Shown here piece after piece: positions 8,601 through 17,096 of a DNA stretch of 22,090 bases; positions within the stretch are counted from its first letter, which is position 1, and the number at the start of each line of letters is the position of its first letter. Position numbers and translations under genes: made by a program. The notes beneath the pieces were generated by a model. It saw only the letters and a list, made by a program, of their open reading frames with translations. It ran no database searches and was not told where the DNA came from. The stretch spans positions 1 through 22,090 of the forward strand of contig JBDGSL010000044.1 of assembly GCA_042217555.1 (NCBI GenBank). Direction: 5' to 3'. This DNA is from Candidatus Nanohalobium sp. Lineage in GTDB: Archaea > Nanohalarchaeota > Nanosalinia > Nanosalinales > Nanosalinaceae.

Positions 8601-10707
8601 ACGGATAAACGTGACTTTAGACACCGATAATCCTTTGCTTAACTTTACTGAGCCTTCCGATGGACAGATTTTCCAGTCGAACTTTTCGGTTAACGCGACT
8701 TTCAGCGATGATGAAGCCGTTGAAGCAGCTAACTACACGCTTTACAACGCCAGTTTCAGCGAGACGGGAGGTCTCAACGCCACGTTTAACTCCTCTAACT
8801 ATAGAGATGGCCGATACAACATCACGGTCAACGTTTCGGATAAAGCAGGAAATCTGAACAGTTCAACAGTGCAAGTGGTATTTGATGATACACCGCCGGA
8901 ATTAACAGGTTCGTCTGTAGTTGAAGACGGAAATATATCCGGTAACTACTGGTTTAACGCCAGTTTCAAAGATTTCACAGGTGTTGATACTTCCCGTTTC
9001 AGGGTTTTCAACTCTACAGGGAACGTGACGGATTGGAGGCAGTTTAACTCGACGGTAGATTCCTCGAACCTTTCTGAGGGTGTCTACAATGTAACATTTT
9101 CTCTTAACGACACACAGGGCAATTTCAGAGAGTTTAACAGGACGGTTAATGTCGACAACACGGTTCCGGAGATGAATCTTACTGTTTACAACTTGTCTGT
9201 GGAGTTCAATGACTGGGTGAACAACAGCAAGACAGTAGGTGTAAACTGTAGTGACGCCGGGGTTTCTCAGACAGGTGTTGAAACTGTTGAGACTCCGGGT
9301 AACGTGAGCTCGCTGCCGGATAATGTTTCCCTGGGTTCCAACGGGGAAAAGACCTACAGTTTCAGGTGTGTTGACTTTGCCGGTAACCGTGTCGTGGACT
9401 CGAAAACTTTCAGGATTGATTCTCTTCCGCCTGGAACCGGTGATGCAGATCCTTCAAACTCTACAGAAGGTGTCTCGACCGCACCGTCGATAAATCTTGA
9501 ACTGGATAACGAGTTCGATGGCTCCGGAGTAAATGCATCTGAAAGCAGTGTGGAGGTTTCCTCAGGCTCGATCGAAGACGTGGACTGGAGTAACAGTTCT
9601 GTAAATGTAGATCTCAGTGGTGTAGGACACTCAACTAACTTCACACTGGATTATAATCTAGTTGACAACATGGGCCATTCCCGAAACACCAGTCTGAACT
9701 ACGTGACGGAAGAAGAGGAGCAGAACACCGGGCAGAAAGAAGAAGGTGCTACTAATGATGATCCTGGTGGAGGCGGCGGTGGAGGCGGTGTCGATGATAA
9801 TGCTACTGCCAGTACTACAGAAGATGAAGGTAAGAATGTAAACAGTTCTGAAGTGAAGAACCTGGTCTTGAAGGCAGAAGGCAGCGAAGCATCTACGGCT
9901 ATAGGAGAGATAGATAAAGGCCAGAAAGTGGTTGTCAAGGTTCAGGGCGGTGTCTCGGTTGAAGATGTAGGGTTTTCCAGTGGAGGACCTGCTGAAGGAG
10001 TAGAGGTAACTGTCAGAGGTGAACCAGCTGAGGTGCCCCGGTACTCTGGTGAGGCCTATACATATCAGGAGATAGTTGTTGAGAACATCTCCGACTTCGG
10101 TATCAAAGATGCTTCCATCAACTTCACGGTCAATAAATCATACCTGGAAGAAAATAATGCGGAGCCAGACCAGGTTGTTCTGAGGAGGTATAGAGACGGC
10201 TGGAAGAAGCTTCCAACTGCTCTGAAAAGTAGTGGCGGCGATTCCTATCTCTACAGCGCCAAAACACCTGGTTTTTCGTACTATGCAGTGACTCTGGAGG
10301 AGGAAATCAGTAAAGTTGACAGCAACGCCGAAGAGTCCAATGTAAGTGAAGAAGTGGCCGAGAAGACGGAAAATGAAGACAGGAATGGTTTTCCCTGGAC
10401 GCCAGTGGCTGTCTTTGTGGCCTTGGTGGTGATTGCAGCAGTTCTTTTCTCCAGAAGGGAGAGTATAGAGAACTTCAACCTGAGAGATCTAGGTATAGAC
10501 TTTTCAGGTGACGAGGACTCATCGGACCAGCTTCTGGATTACAGGATAAGGAAGATTAAGAAGGAAATACATGATAAGACCAAGAGAGGAGAACTGGAGA
10601 ACAGGGAGGAGATAATGAAAGCTGTCAGCGAGGCACAGAGCAGTTTGAAGGATGGAGATGTCGAAGAGGCGAAGAAGAACATCTCCTGGATAGAGAACCG
10701 GCTCTAA
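5644..10707 (+). CDS. Cell-surface S8 subtilase (KP-43-like) with Ig-like repeats, PGF-pre-PGF domain and C-terminal TM anchor
   Basis: Catalytic motifs AIWDGG, HATHVAGT, FAAGN and GTSMAAP, followed by an LVWSD...NDLDL domain, a repeat stalk, Gly8, TPGFSYYAV and a TM segment. The frame is open upstream of the track start 6028 back to 5632 and encodes a signal peptide (KILKTLAAILLTLLAASQTAA) and prodomain (YIPENAWLV, YLGPYKPEYKIDP). The exact start is uncertain; ATA 5644 is proposed. Confidence 0.9.
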   Translation: MEKILKTLAAILLTLLAASQTAAEPPGIHLKTESFVPEETRAQNSIQSLQTHSTPPSYNLIQFTKPTTQNYRKKLQHQGVNFISYIPENAWLVKTNTSRNKILSHNKVRYLGPYKPEYKIDPGLRREKLESPAQVQIRVEMFKENSGDILSGHGSLDGKFGPKTWRLETEYSNISDIAEEEQVKWISPQSPEPITLNDKSREVIGVEKLQFAPYELNGSGFTAAIWDGGLAGNHSDLNYTLTWAEGNKTVRGDPSAKVADHATHVAGTMLGGGKKDSQYRGMAPESRLLTYKWPVDSKELYGEINDSINNYDSILSQNSWGYNTSYGEYNYIYGNEYDSIVSNRTTTVSRPFNVIFAAGNARGPLERDYNTTIPPATAKNVVTVGAVDDAKKMTYYSSWGPTDDGRIKPTVVADGGNYNTTGLIKSTIPSNTVDYSYPYDGMQGTSMAAPAVSGAAILLNQQFNRSYGYKPSPATVKGAFIHTAEDLNRTGPDYVTGWGLVNATAAIDYVSESKKEGLIWRGTVRDTSDNVSYDVSVPEGESLNFTLVWSDYPGTSGSGRALINDLDLVVRNSSGHRYYPWTLNWSIRKQQAVRTKEDHRNVVEQVYVPETFSGELTVSVNGSSVPEAPQSYSLFMPVSASVVPSLTVETVSNTTYGEVPDFNVSSDRDIIDAKFSIDGSGNYSLKEKNSTFFYNRSVELANGTHQVVFWANNSNGWGSESVYFLVDEERPVINAESPVESANVSGNFSVNATWSDGFTQVVNHSFTVSNRSFSANHSLNATLNSTGLEDGEYNVTYNVSDKVGNYNFTRRSITVDNSRPSLESFDPGDESFSGNFSVNATWTDSVTGVKQANYSFGNETFSRNGSLNATVDTSNLSEGVYNLSYILQDYAGNYLNRTFQVSIDRASPSFDIFKPLNGSYVGPGFEINVSVTDPFSDIVSANYTLSNGTVLRQGELNSTVDTSNLSDALYNLSFTAEDEFGNVNSTRINVTLDTDNPLLNFTEPSDGQIFQSNFSVNATFSDDEAVEAANYTLYNASFSETGGLNATFNSSNYRDGRYNITVNVSDKAGNLNSSTVQVVFDDTPPELTGSSVVEDGNISGNYWFNASFKDFTGVDTSRFRVFNSTGNVTDWRQFNSTVDSSNLSEGVYNVTFSLNDTQGNFREFNRTVNVDNTVPEMNLTVYNLSVEFNDWVNNSKTVGVNCSDAGVSQTGVETVETPGNVSSLPDNVSLGSNGEKTYSFRCVDFAGNRVVDSKTFRIDSLPPGTGDADPSNSTEGVSTAPSINLELDNEFDGSGVNASESSVEVSSGSIEDVDWSNSSVNVDLSGVGHSTNFTLDYNLVDNMGHSRNTSLNYVTEEEEQNTGQKEEGATNDDPGGGGGGGGVDDNATASTTEDEGKNVNSSEVKNLVLKAEGSEASTAIGEIDKGQKVVVKVQGGVSVEDVGFSSGGPAEGVEVTVRGEPAEVPRYSGEAYTYQEIVVENISDFGIKDASINFTVNKSYLEENNAEPDQVVLRRYRDGWKKLPTALKSSGGDSYLYSAKTPGFSYYAVTLEEEISKVDSNAEESNVSEEVAEKTENEDRNGFPWTPVAVFVALVVIAAVLFSRRESIENFNLRDLGIDFSGDEDSSDQLLDYRIRKIKKEIHDKTKRGELENREEIMKAVSEAQSSLKDGDVEEAKKNISWIENRL
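7570..9700 (+). repeat. About 8 tandem Ig-like domains of ~88-90 aa within the subtilase
   Basis: Linker motif (V/I/L/F)DxxxP at 7819, 8086, 8350, 8617, 8881, 9151 and 9415 (264-270 nt period). NFSVNAT(W/F)xD, LN(A/S)T and GxYN...DxxGN recur. Outer boundaries are approximate. Confidence 0.8.
9766..9789 (+). repeat. Gly8 linker
   Basis: GGT GGA GGC GGC GGT GGA GGC GGT, preceding the PGF-pre-PGF domain. Confidence 0.85.
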
Positions 10708-13700
10708 TCATAGTAGTCCAGTATATTTTCCCTGTCAAAAATATTTTCTTCACCAACCTGCTTCTTCAGCTTCTTCGCAGTCCTCTTACCGATAAGTTTC
10801 TTCAACTTCTCAAAACTGACCTCACGAATATCCTCTCTATCCCTAACACCGTGGTCATGAAGCTTTCTGGCACGAACCCTACCAATCTGATCATACTTCA
10901 CAAGGCCTAACAGCTCCTCCTTGATACCATGCTTCAAACGAAGCCTTATCTTCTCCAGATCCTTACCAACATCCAGTTCTTTCATCCTCGCCAGTTCCTG
11001 AGCCCCATAAACCAGCCAGTCAGCGTTACGCATCTTCGCACGTATCCCTCCCGGCGCAGTACCGTACTCATTCATGATCTTCTCCTCATCAAGCTCAGAG
11101 ATCCAGGCCTGCATCATCATAGAAGTCTTCATAACACGCATAAACCGCTCATACTCAACATCCCACTCCTCAGGAACAGACTCAAGAATATACTTCTCAG
11201 CATCCAACAAGGCCTTCTCAATATCCGTCCACTCATCATCATTCACACGCAACAAAGGATTCATCTCAGTAGTCCTCGAAAGCATAAACAGGTAAGAAAC
11301 AGGCTTATTCTCCCTGCCGTCCAATTTTCTTTCCTCTGCAGTCTTCAAGGCCTCTAGCATGTGGTGGGCAGAATCAGGATCGATATAAAGCTCAGAAACC
11401 CTATGCCCGACTTTTGTAGCCTCTAACTCGTGTTCTTTCAAAAACTCGTAATCTCTCAAGGTCTCAACTACTTCTTTAATAGTCTGCTCGACCTCATACA
11501 TGCCCGAAGACTCTCTAGAGTCTTCTTGTCCAGAAGGCCTATCCGAGGCCTTCGGCTCCGCAAACTGGTAAGCGTAAAACGTCTTCTTGTAGAAACTGAT
11601 CAACTGCTCCATAGTCGTACAGAAATTAGAGGCAACAAGGGACAAAGTATGCATCCTCAAAACCGGCTCAACAGCCAGCTTCGACTGAATCCTCTCCGGC
11701 TCACCAAGAATATACCTGTCAAGGATCTCCTCCTTCATGCCAGGCTGCTTAGCAATACTGATCGCCTCGCCTCTATCATCGTACTTAGGTCTTCCTGCAC
11801 GCCCTGTTTGCTGCTCGTACTCCAGGACAGGAATGAAATCCATGCCGTTCCCGGTGTAACGCTTCAAATCACGGATAATAACACGGTAAGCAGGCAAGTT
11901 AACACCGGCAGCCAGTGTAGGCGTCGCAGAAACAGATTTAATCAGGCCTTTACGGAAGGCCTCCTCCACAAGCTGTCTCTGTTCAGTTGTGTTGTGCGCT
12001 ATTATGCCGTTTGCTATGAAGTTTTCGGTTGATGTGCTGATGTCGTAGAGTTTTTCCGGTTCCTTTTCCTCAATCTGTTTTATTTTACTCCAGTAAATGT
12101 CGGAGTTTGCTATTTTCTGAAGTTCTGTGTCTTCAAGTTTTTCAGCCAGTTTCTGAAATGTTTCCCTCTTTATCGGTGTTTTATGATTCTCGAACCTAGA
12201 AACTGTAGATTTCGATACTTCGGGTTCGAGTTCTGATAGGCTGAGATTCTTTTCATTTCTCATCTTTCTTGCTTTAGTTCCCAGTGTTTCAGGTATTACA
12301 TCGTTTTGTTTTCTGCCGCCTTCGGGGTTGATCTCTATTGCTTCGTCAAGCCGGGATTTTTTCTCTGGGTGTGTGAAACCTATCTCATCTCTGTATTTCC
12401 TGAGCTGATCCGAGCCGTATATTTTCAGCCTATGTATATCTCCATTAGTATGGATTTTTTCTCCTCTGATCTCGGTTTCCCGTCCTTCTGTCTTTCTCCT
12501 GTCTCTATGCGCATTTATGCCGAACCTTAGAAGCGAAGTATGTAGTTCGGTAGCCAATCGGTCGCTTGCTGTATAGAATTCGATGCATGATGCACCTTCT
12601 GAATTTTCCCTGCGGTTTACTGAGCCATCTGTATCGAAAAGGCCTCTGATATAGGAAGCCAGCAACTCATCAGGAAGGCCTATCTCCGGCATTTTCAGGT
12701 TCTGTGCCTTTTTCTCCCTTGGAATGCCGAAGTAGTCGTGAAGAATGTCTGAGACTGCTTTAGCGTTGAATGAATAAGTCTTAACGTCGTCCTTTTTTCT
12801 TTTATTAACTGAGACGTTCCTGTCAAGTTTCTGGTCTACTATATCTTCAAATCTTTCAAGTAATCTGGTCTCGCTTCCGCTCAGATTTACTGCACTGCTT
12901 CCGATATAGCCGTCTCCTGCCACAGCTCCGATCAACCATGCAAGATCCTTATCTAACTTTTCAGGGATTCTCACAGGTTTTTGCCCGGCCTTCGACATGA
13001 CAACATCAAGATATTCCTCAGGGTTTTCTCCAAGTTCCTCACAGATCTCTCTAAGGCCTCCCACTGAGATATTTCTATCCTCCCTGTACCTCTTCCTGAA
13101 ATCCTGTTCAAGGCCTTCAATCTCAACTTCTTCAACCAGTTCATCAACTTCGTCGTATTTCCTGTAAGCTCTTACTTCGTCACGGAGAAGATTTCTCAGT
13201 CTGGGAGGCTCTACATCGAGATCGATCTTCCTGGGGACAGCGATCCTATCTTCCTCTGAAAGATTCTTTGATTTCCTCCATTCCAGGCCTCCCTCAGCGA
13301 GCACAGGTAACTGGTGGTTCCTGCTGACCTTGATCTCTCTACCTCTTCCGGTCTTGATTTTCAGAAGAGGCTTCTCATCCATCTCATACTTTTCCTGGAT
13401 CTCATTGTCTGTTATACTGTAGTCTGAGAGTCCTAAAGCAGTTTCTTTACTGTTTTCCATGAGATCATCCATCTTCGAGAAAACTCCGTCAGAATGCATG
13501 ATAACAGAATCGCCGGAAACACAGAGACCAGCATGGTGGAAAGCAGTTCCCTGGCTTACGTTTTCTGCCAGGCGTTCACACTGTGAAGTAGGGTTGCCCA
13601 GAACGTTCAGTATCTTCTCAGAGTACTCTTCAAGCTCCTTCTTTTCATCACGTGAAAGCCTGGGTTCAACAGCTTTAGTCGCTCTATCTGAGGCCTTTTC

Positions 13701-14585
13701 CGCGCCTTTCCTCGACGAGCAGAATGTTATAGTCTGTTTATCTTTTTTCAGAGTGTCTTCTATTATGTTTAAAGTTCCACGGCCGTGCTCATCTTCCAGT
13801 TCAACTATCTCGGACTCTTCCTCGACCTCTTCATTTCTCTCCTTGACCTCTGTACCGGTACTCCAGCCCTCAGGTGTCTCAAGACTACTTCCATCTTCAT
13901 TAGGGCCGGAATCAGGTTTCTCGTAGCCGTCAGGATAGAACTCTATCTCGCTACCCCAGTAAACGCCGTGACTCAGATCAACAGGCCTGTAATCGCTTTC
14001 CACAAGCTCTGCATCAAGCCAGTCTGCCAACTGATCGGAGTTTGAAATAGTCGCAGAAAGGCCTAAGAGCTGAAAATCAAGAAGCTCCCGGAGACGAGTC
14101 AAAGTAACCTCCAACGTAGGACCACGGTTCTCAGAAGTCAACAGATGAATCTCATCAACCACGACAAGACCGATCTCATGGATCCACGACGGATTATGAC
14201 GCAATATAGAATCCAGTTTCTCAGAAGTCACAACCACAATATCCGCAGTCTCAAGGCCTTTACCCTCATCATCCAGATCTCCCACAGAAATACGGACATC
14301 CAGGCCTTCATAACGCTCGGAAAAATCCTCATACTTCTCACTGGCCAAGGCCTTCAACGGAACAATATAAACCGCGGTCTTACCGTTCTCGACAACCTGG
14401 TTCACCATCGCCAGCTCCGCGATAAAAGTCTTGCCAGAAGCAGTAGGAGACGCAACAATCATATCCTCTCCATCCATAAGGCCCTGACTAACAGCCATCT
14501 CCTGAGGAGGATTCAACTCCGTAATACCTTCCTTGATGTATTCCTGCCTTATTCTTTCAGGAATTTCAAGGTTTTCTACTTTCAC
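10704..14585 (-). CDS. hel308: Hel308/Ski2-like SF2 DNA helicase, intein-containing (mature ~782 aa)
   Basis: LNPPQ, PTASGKT, PLKALA, DEIH, LSAT, FHHAGL, ATPTLAAGVNLPA, GRAGRP and C-terminal HhH IGRVRARKL. Confidence 0.95.
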   Translation of the reverse strand: MKVENLEIPERIRQEYIKEGITELNPPQEMAVSQGLMDGEDMIVASPTASGKTFIAELAMVNQVVENGKTAVYIVPLKALASEKYEDFSERYEGLDVRISVGDLDDEGKGLETADIVVVTSEKLDSILRHNPSWIHEIGLVVVDEIHLLTSENRGPTLEVTLTRLRELLDFQLLGLSATISNSDQLADWLDAELVESDYRPVDLSHGVYWGSEIEFYPDGYEKPDSGPNEDGSSLETPEGWSTGTEVKERNEEVEEESEIVELEDEHGRGTLNIIEDTLKKDKQTITFCSSRKGAEKASDRATKAVEPRLSRDEKKELEEYSEKILNVLGNPTSQCERLAENVSQGTAFHHAGLCVSGDSVIMHSDGVFSKMDDLMENSKETALGLSDYSITDNEIQEKYEMDEKPLLKIKTGRGREIKVSRNHQLPVLAEGGLEWRKSKNLSEEDRIAVPRKIDLDVEPPRLRNLLRDEVRAYRKYDEVDELVEEVEIEGLEQDFRKRYREDRNISVGGLREICEELGENPEEYLDVVMSKAGQKPVRIPEKLDKDLAWLIGAVAGDGYIGSSAVNLSGSETRLLERFEDIVDQKLDRNVSVNKRKKDDVKTYSFNAKAVSDILHDYFGIPREKKAQNLKMPEIGLPDELLASYIRGLFDTDGSVNRRENSEGASCIEFYTASDRLATELHTSLLRFGINAHRDRRKTEGRETEIRGEKIHTNGDIHRLKIYGSDQLRKYRDEIGFTHPEKKSRLDEAIEINPEGGRKQNDVIPETLGTKARKMRNEKNLSLSELEPEVSKSTVSRFENHKTPIKRETFQKLAEKLEDTELQKIANSDIYWSKIKQIEEKEPEKLYDISTSTENFIANGIIAHNTTEQRQLVEEAFRKGLIKSVSATPTLAAGVNLPAYRVIIRDLKRYTGNGMDFIPVLEYEQQTGRAGRPKYDDRGEAISIAKQPGMKEEILDRYILGEPERIQSKLAVEPVLRMHTLSLVASNFCTTMEQLISFYKKTFYAYQFAEPKASDRPSGQEDSRESSGMYEVEQTIKEVVETLRDYEFLKEHELEATKVGHRVSELYIDPDSAHHMLEALKTAEERKLDGRENKPVSYLFMLSRTTEMNPLLRVNDDEWTDIEKALLDAEKYILESVPEEWDVEYERFMRVMKTSMMMQAWISELDEEKIMNEYGTAPGGIRAKMRNADWLVYGAQELARMKELDVGKDLEKIRLRLKHGIKEELLGLVKYDQIGRVRARKLHDHGVRDREDIREVSFEKLKKLIGKRTAKKLKKQVGEENIFDRENILDYYD
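11991..13523 (-). mobile_element. Intein (511 aa) with LAGLIDADG homing endonuclease and HTH
   Basis: Junctions FHHAGL|CVSGDS and ENFIANGIIAHN|TTEQR. Block B SRNHQL, and endonuclease helices LAWLIGAVAGDG and YIRGLFDTDG. Removing it restores FHHAGLTTEQRQLVE. Confidence 0.96.
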
Positions 14586-14615
14586 GGTAAAGAACTGTGT
14601 GCAACCCTTTAGAGT

Positions 14616-15053
14616 CTAACCGGTTTCAGTGTACCTTGTGGCCTGTTTCATCATGTAAACGTCGCTGTGCTCGCTGCAGTAAAGTATATCTGTCAAGACC
14701 TCTCTGTCGTATCCTCTACGGTATGACTTGGTCTCTGACGAGTAAGATATATGACGGATGTTGTCGTCCTGTCCTTCCTCAGCACATCTGTGACACCTGA
14801 ACGGGTTGAGAAAGCCTTCTTCCATCTGTAGGCCGCGGTCAACAGGGGTGTAGGCAAAACTGTTCCTGTCAGAATACCTGCCTGTTCCTGTGATAAACTC
14901 CCTTATCTCGTCTTCACTGTTGAATTCGTCGTACTTCTCCAGATCGTCCAGTCCGTATCCCGCTACCTCTTCTTCCGGACCGATGTTCCAGCCCTCCACC
15001 GGTTCATGGCCGCCTTTAGGTTCAGAATCAAGTAGTTCAAGGATGTTGGGCAT
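14616..15053 (-). CDS. Hypothetical protein with possible Zn-binding C-terminal domain
   Basis: Acidic 145-aa ORF with CHRC and distal CSEH. It is preceded by GAGGT and a TTTAAA box (15078-15083). Confidence 0.7.
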   Translation of the reverse strand: MPNILELLDSEPKGGHEPVEGWNIGPEEEVAGYGLDDLEKYDEFNSEDEIREFITGTGRYSDRNSFAYTPVDRGLQMEEGFLNPFRCHRCAEEGQDDNIRHISYSSETKSYRRGYDREVLTDILYCSEHSDVYMMKQATRYTETG

Positions 15054-15058
15054 ACCTC

Positions 15059-15074
15059 GCAGGTTTAGACCTGC
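15059..15074. promoter_or_regulatory. Inverted repeat between TATA box and start codon
   Basis: GCAGGT-TTAG-ACCTGC lies between TTTAAA (15078-15083) and ATG 15053. Confidence 0.4.
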
Positions 15075-15091
15075 AGCTTTAAATTTCTTCC

Positions 15092-15280
15092 TTAACGGCG
15101 GACTGCTGATTTAATATCTCCGGGTTTCCAGCCTTTCAGATGCAGGATAGTACCTAACAACAGTGAAGCGATAAACAGGTAGAACAGAACTCCGGGTAGC
15201 GGAGGCGTGCATCCTTCCGGCAGAAAACATTTTTTCCCGGTCAGCCAGCTGAATAGCAGATTCCATGTGTTCTGATCCAT
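15092..15280 (-). CDS. Small membrane protein
   Basis: 62 aa with one hydrophobic helix (GVLFYLFIASLLLGTILHL) and Cx5C. It fills the gap between co-oriented genes. Confidence 0.6.
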   Translation of the reverse strand: MDQNTWNLLFSWLTGKKCFLPEGCTPPLPGVLFYLFIASLLLGTILHLKGWKPGDIKSAVRR

Positions 15281-15321
15281 GTATATTGATTCTGAACTGT
15301 GTATACTTCAGTTTTTCGGTT

Positions 15322-16998
15322 TCAGGTGTGGAGGCCTGTGTCTTCTGTCTGGATCTTCAGCAGGTCTTTCAGTGGTGCGTCCTGGTAGACCTCTCTGATT
15401 TCTCCGCCAGGGTACTCTTCAAGTCCCAGAAGCCATGGGAACTCCTTCACAGCTTTCTCTGCAAGGTTGAATGCGTCCTGCCGGTATGAAAAGTTGCCTT
15501 CGGGCGTAGAGCGCAGGTTGACGAAGTACTGTAGCTGGTCGAAACCCATGCTGAACGTTATTGTTGTCATCGTTGCCATAGGCAGCACATACTGAGCCTG
15601 CAGCGGGAAATCGTCTCTTATCTTCTTCTCGGCTTCATATGCAGTTTTCATAGTCTCTTCGAACAGTTCACTGGCTTTTTCCGGCATTTCACTTACTTCT
15701 TTAGGTTGGTAGTATCCCATGTCCAGTGTGTAGATGTTTTCTCCTCTGTCGTTCTTCTGATGTCTTCTCAGGTCTCTCAATGCGCCTATATCGGTTTTTA
15801 TCTCGAAGGTTATCTTCTCCAGGTCAAGTTCTTCATTTCTTCCAACCCATTCATCGTACTCTCCACGTTTCTCCACTTTTTTCTCCAGTACTTCAAGTTT
15901 TTCGTCATGACTCATACTTTTGGCTTCCTCAAGTGCCTCGCTGAAACTGTTTCTGTTGTTTTCCTTCAAGATATGAGCTATTACTTTCTCAAACATGTTG
16001 TCCGGCTTCGATATTATCTCTACGCCTTTATCGATCTCTCCAGGTTCTTTTTCAATCTCCAGGTCGCCGCCGTACAGATCCAGTTTTTCCTCTCTGTAAT
16101 CGCTTTTCTCTGTGTACTTGAGAAGTGAAGGTGCAATCTCTCCTCCGGCTTCCTCGATTTTCTCTGCTGATTTCTGTATCTCGCTGAGAGGGTGTCCTTT
16201 CCACGAGGCTATGTCGAACTCGATGCTTCTCGCATCAAGTATCCATGCTATATTGGTCTGGATGGCCTGAGGCAGCAGGAAACGTGCTATGTCCAGGGCC
16301 TTCCCGTCTATCTCTCTTTCGTATTTTCTTTCCAGGAACTCCTTTGACTTGTCCTGTACTTCTTCGCTCTGCTGCTCTATCCAGTCTTCGAACGGAATCT
16401 TTTCTCTGTAGTGCTCTTTCGCAATCTCTGTGAACTCTTCGTAATTCTCGGTCATCTCTTCTATTGTATCGGTGTAAAGGTCTGCGTACCTGCTTTCCAT
16501 CACGTCCGGATCCCTGTAGTAGTTTTCCTTGTCGAACTCGACGTAACGTGTGGACTGCTCTATGAAGAACGCTAACTGATCTTCTGCAAGCTTTCTAGCG
16601 AACAACTGGCTTACGTCGTTTGCAACAAAAGGTATCCAGACCGTGTTGGCGATAGACTTGTGGCCATACGTGCCGTAGTACTTGTCGAAAAAGCTCTGTG
16701 CTTTTTCCAAGCCGGCTTCAAGAGCTTCCTGCGGATGCTCAAAGCCGTCCTCTCCTTGTTCCTGTGTTCTGGCCAGTCTTTCTAGGCGTTGTTCTCCGCC
16801 TTCGATTTCGTGGCCTCTTACCTCTCCCTTTATCGCGTCCAACAAGTGTTCCCGGACGTCTTTCGGGCTTCTGGAGAAAAACGATCCGAACGCTCCAAAT
16901 ATCTCCGGACTAACGTTTTTAACTGCGTATATATCATCTTCAGCACTGGTTACAAAGTTTGAGAGAGCTTTTTTCTCCCTGCTGGAAAACTCTGTCAA
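15322..16998 (-). CDS. thyX: Flavin-dependent thymidylate synthase, tandem (double Thy1 domain) type
   Basis: YGHKSIA, EQSTRY and ARFLLP in the N-terminal domain; RDLRRHQ, QYVLP and LRSTPEGNFSYR in the C-terminal domain. TTG start with AGGTGA SD at 17006-17011. Confidence 0.88.
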   Translation of the reverse strand: MTEFSSREKKALSNFVTSAEDDIYAVKNVSPEIFGAFGSFFSRSPKDVREHLLDAIKGEVRGHEIEGGEQRLERLARTQEQGEDGFEHPQEALEAGLEKAQSFFDKYYGTYGHKSIANTVWIPFVANDVSQLFARKLAEDQLAFFIEQSTRYVEFDKENYYRDPDVMESRYADLYTDTIEEMTENYEEFTEIAKEHYREKIPFEDWIEQQSEEVQDKSKEFLERKYEREIDGKALDIARFLLPQAIQTNIAWILDARSIEFDIASWKGHPLSEIQKSAEKIEEAGGEIAPSLLKYTEKSDYREEKLDLYGGDLEIEKEPGEIDKGVEIISKPDNMFEKVIAHILKENNRNSFSEALEEAKSMSHDEKLEVLEKKVEKRGEYDEWVGRNEELDLEKITFEIKTDIGALRDLRRHQKNDRGENIYTLDMGYYQPKEVSEMPEKASELFEETMKTAYEAEKKIRDDFPLQAQYVLPMATMTTITFSMGFDQLQYFVNLRSTPEGNFSYRQDAFNLAEKAVKEFPWLLGLEEYPGGEIREVYQDAPLKDLLKIQTEDTGLHT

Positions 16999-17096
16999 GA
17001 ATCTTTCACCTTAAACGGTACTGGTTAACTCACTGTTTAATAACCGGTGACTGAAGAACCGGAAATTTAAAGGATTAAAACAGCTCACAGCTTTTC

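Noticed and set aside
9766..9789. Phase-variable microsatellite
   Set aside because: Mixed Gly codons indicate a protein-level linker rather than a slippage tract.
5644..10707. Calling the protease a SPEARE protein
   Set aside because: No restriction-endonuclease-like domain was recognised, and it is much shorter than the giant proteins so named.
10929..12032. Long plus-strand ORFs opposite hel308 (also 14145..14612)
   Set aside because: Shadow ORFs produced by local codon bias.
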